Assembly: GCA_964249215.1 (NCBI GenBank)
Contig: CAXUBE010000001.1
Coordinates: 5,292-69,291, forward strand
DNA length: 64,000 nt
Direction: 5' to 3'
Source: an uncultured Rhodopseudomonas sp.
Lineage (GTDB): Bacteria; Pseudomonadota; Alphaproteobacteria; Rhizobiales; Xanthobacteraceae
The notes under the pieces are model-generated. The model was not told where the DNA came from and searched no databases. It saw only the letters and a list, made by a program, of their open reading frames with translations. A program made the translations under genes and the position numbers. Every line of letters begins with the position of its first letter. Position 1 is the stretch's first letter. Of this stretch, positions 63,636 through 64,000 are shown piece after piece.

Positions 63636-64000
63636 ATGAAGAAGCGCCGCTTTCGCGCCGCCGCGGTTCAGACGCTCGCCCGCTTGGGCGACTATGAGCA
63701 CAATATCGCGCTTGCGACGGGGTTTGTGGAAGACGCGGTTCGGCAAGGGGTCGAACTGATCGTGTTTCCCGAATGCATGGATACCGGCTACCTGTTCGAC
63801 TCTGCCGAACATTGCCGGGCACTCGCCGAGACGGTCACGGACGGCCCTTTTGTGTTGGCTCTGTCTGCGCTGGCGCGCAAACACCGCGTCTATATCGCCA
63901 GCGGCATCACGGAATGGGACCCGTCCAAAGAGAAAATCTTCAATTCTGGCGTCATGTTCGGTCGAACTGGTAAGCTCGTGTGTCACTATCAAAAGCAGTT
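63636..64000 (+). CDS. Carbon-nitrogen hydrolase (nitrilase superfamily) protein, N-terminal part; continues beyond the window
   Basis: ATG 63636 is preceded by GGAGA. My translation is MKKRRFRAAAVQTLARLGDYEHNIALATGFVEDAVRQGVELIVFPECMDTGY..RVYIASGI.., the typical CN-hydrolase start with the catalytic Glu in FPE. It is not in the ORF track because it runs off the window. Confidence 0.8.
   Translation, partial: MKKRRFRAAAVQTLARLGDYEHNIALATGFVEDAVRQGVELIVFPECMDTGYLFDSAEHCRALAETVTDGPFVLALSALARKHRVYIASGITEWDPSKEKIFNSGVMFGRTGKLVCHYQKQ

Overview
High-GC chromosomal segment. Gene content and codon style suggest an alphaproteobacterium of the Bradyrhizobium/Rhodopseudomonas type; that assignment is inference. 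No rRNA, tRNA, CRISPR array, integrase or transposase was seen. The first 36 kb is a patchwork of catabolic modules: (i) a partial CDF metal exporter, an MDR oxidoreductase and an FAH-family protein; (ii) an oxalate module with a PanE-like reductase, an OxlT-like antiporter, frc, oxc, a GntR regulator with repeated palindromic operator candidates, and a domain-permuted ADP-forming acyl-CoA synthetase; (iii) an aliphatic-amide module in which amiR-amiC lie divergent from a leader intrinsic terminator, a Urt/Fmd-type ABC importer and amiE; (iv) an orphan CbbQ/CbbO-type AAA+/VWA pair; (v) a LIV-type ABC importer co-oriented with catA and catC; (vi) a decayed two-component phenol-hydroxylase (internally deleted HpaB-like gene, flavin-reductase remnant), catB, a frameshifted alpha/beta-hydrolase, a LysR regulator, an XRE fragment and a ThDP enzyme. 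The stand-out is 36.1-60.5 kb. It is a tightly packed, co-directional five-gene operon encoding 8,101 aa. The products are a Hint/BIL autoprocessing protein (554 aa), a 1,785-aa protein with about 15 FN3-like modules, a 1,182-aa orphan coupled by an ATGA overlap, a 508-aa EEP-fold (DNase I-like) enzyme with a complete-looking catalytic motif set and large insertions, and a 4,072-aa giant carrying at least 14 degenerate LysM-like modules. None of the five has a visible Sec/Tat signal, RTX repeats, PAAR/RHS/VgrG or phage-tail hallmarks, and no export machinery is encoded nearby. I consider it a candidate undescribed secreted, surface or particle system, possibly toxin- or adhesin-like. Its function is inference only. 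The last 3.4 kb (NitT/TauT-type ABC transporter plus a carbon-nitrogen hydrolase) is visibly more AT-rich and looks laterally acquired. Many long ORFs in the supplied track are antisense or out-of-frame artefacts typical of high-GC DNA and were rejected.
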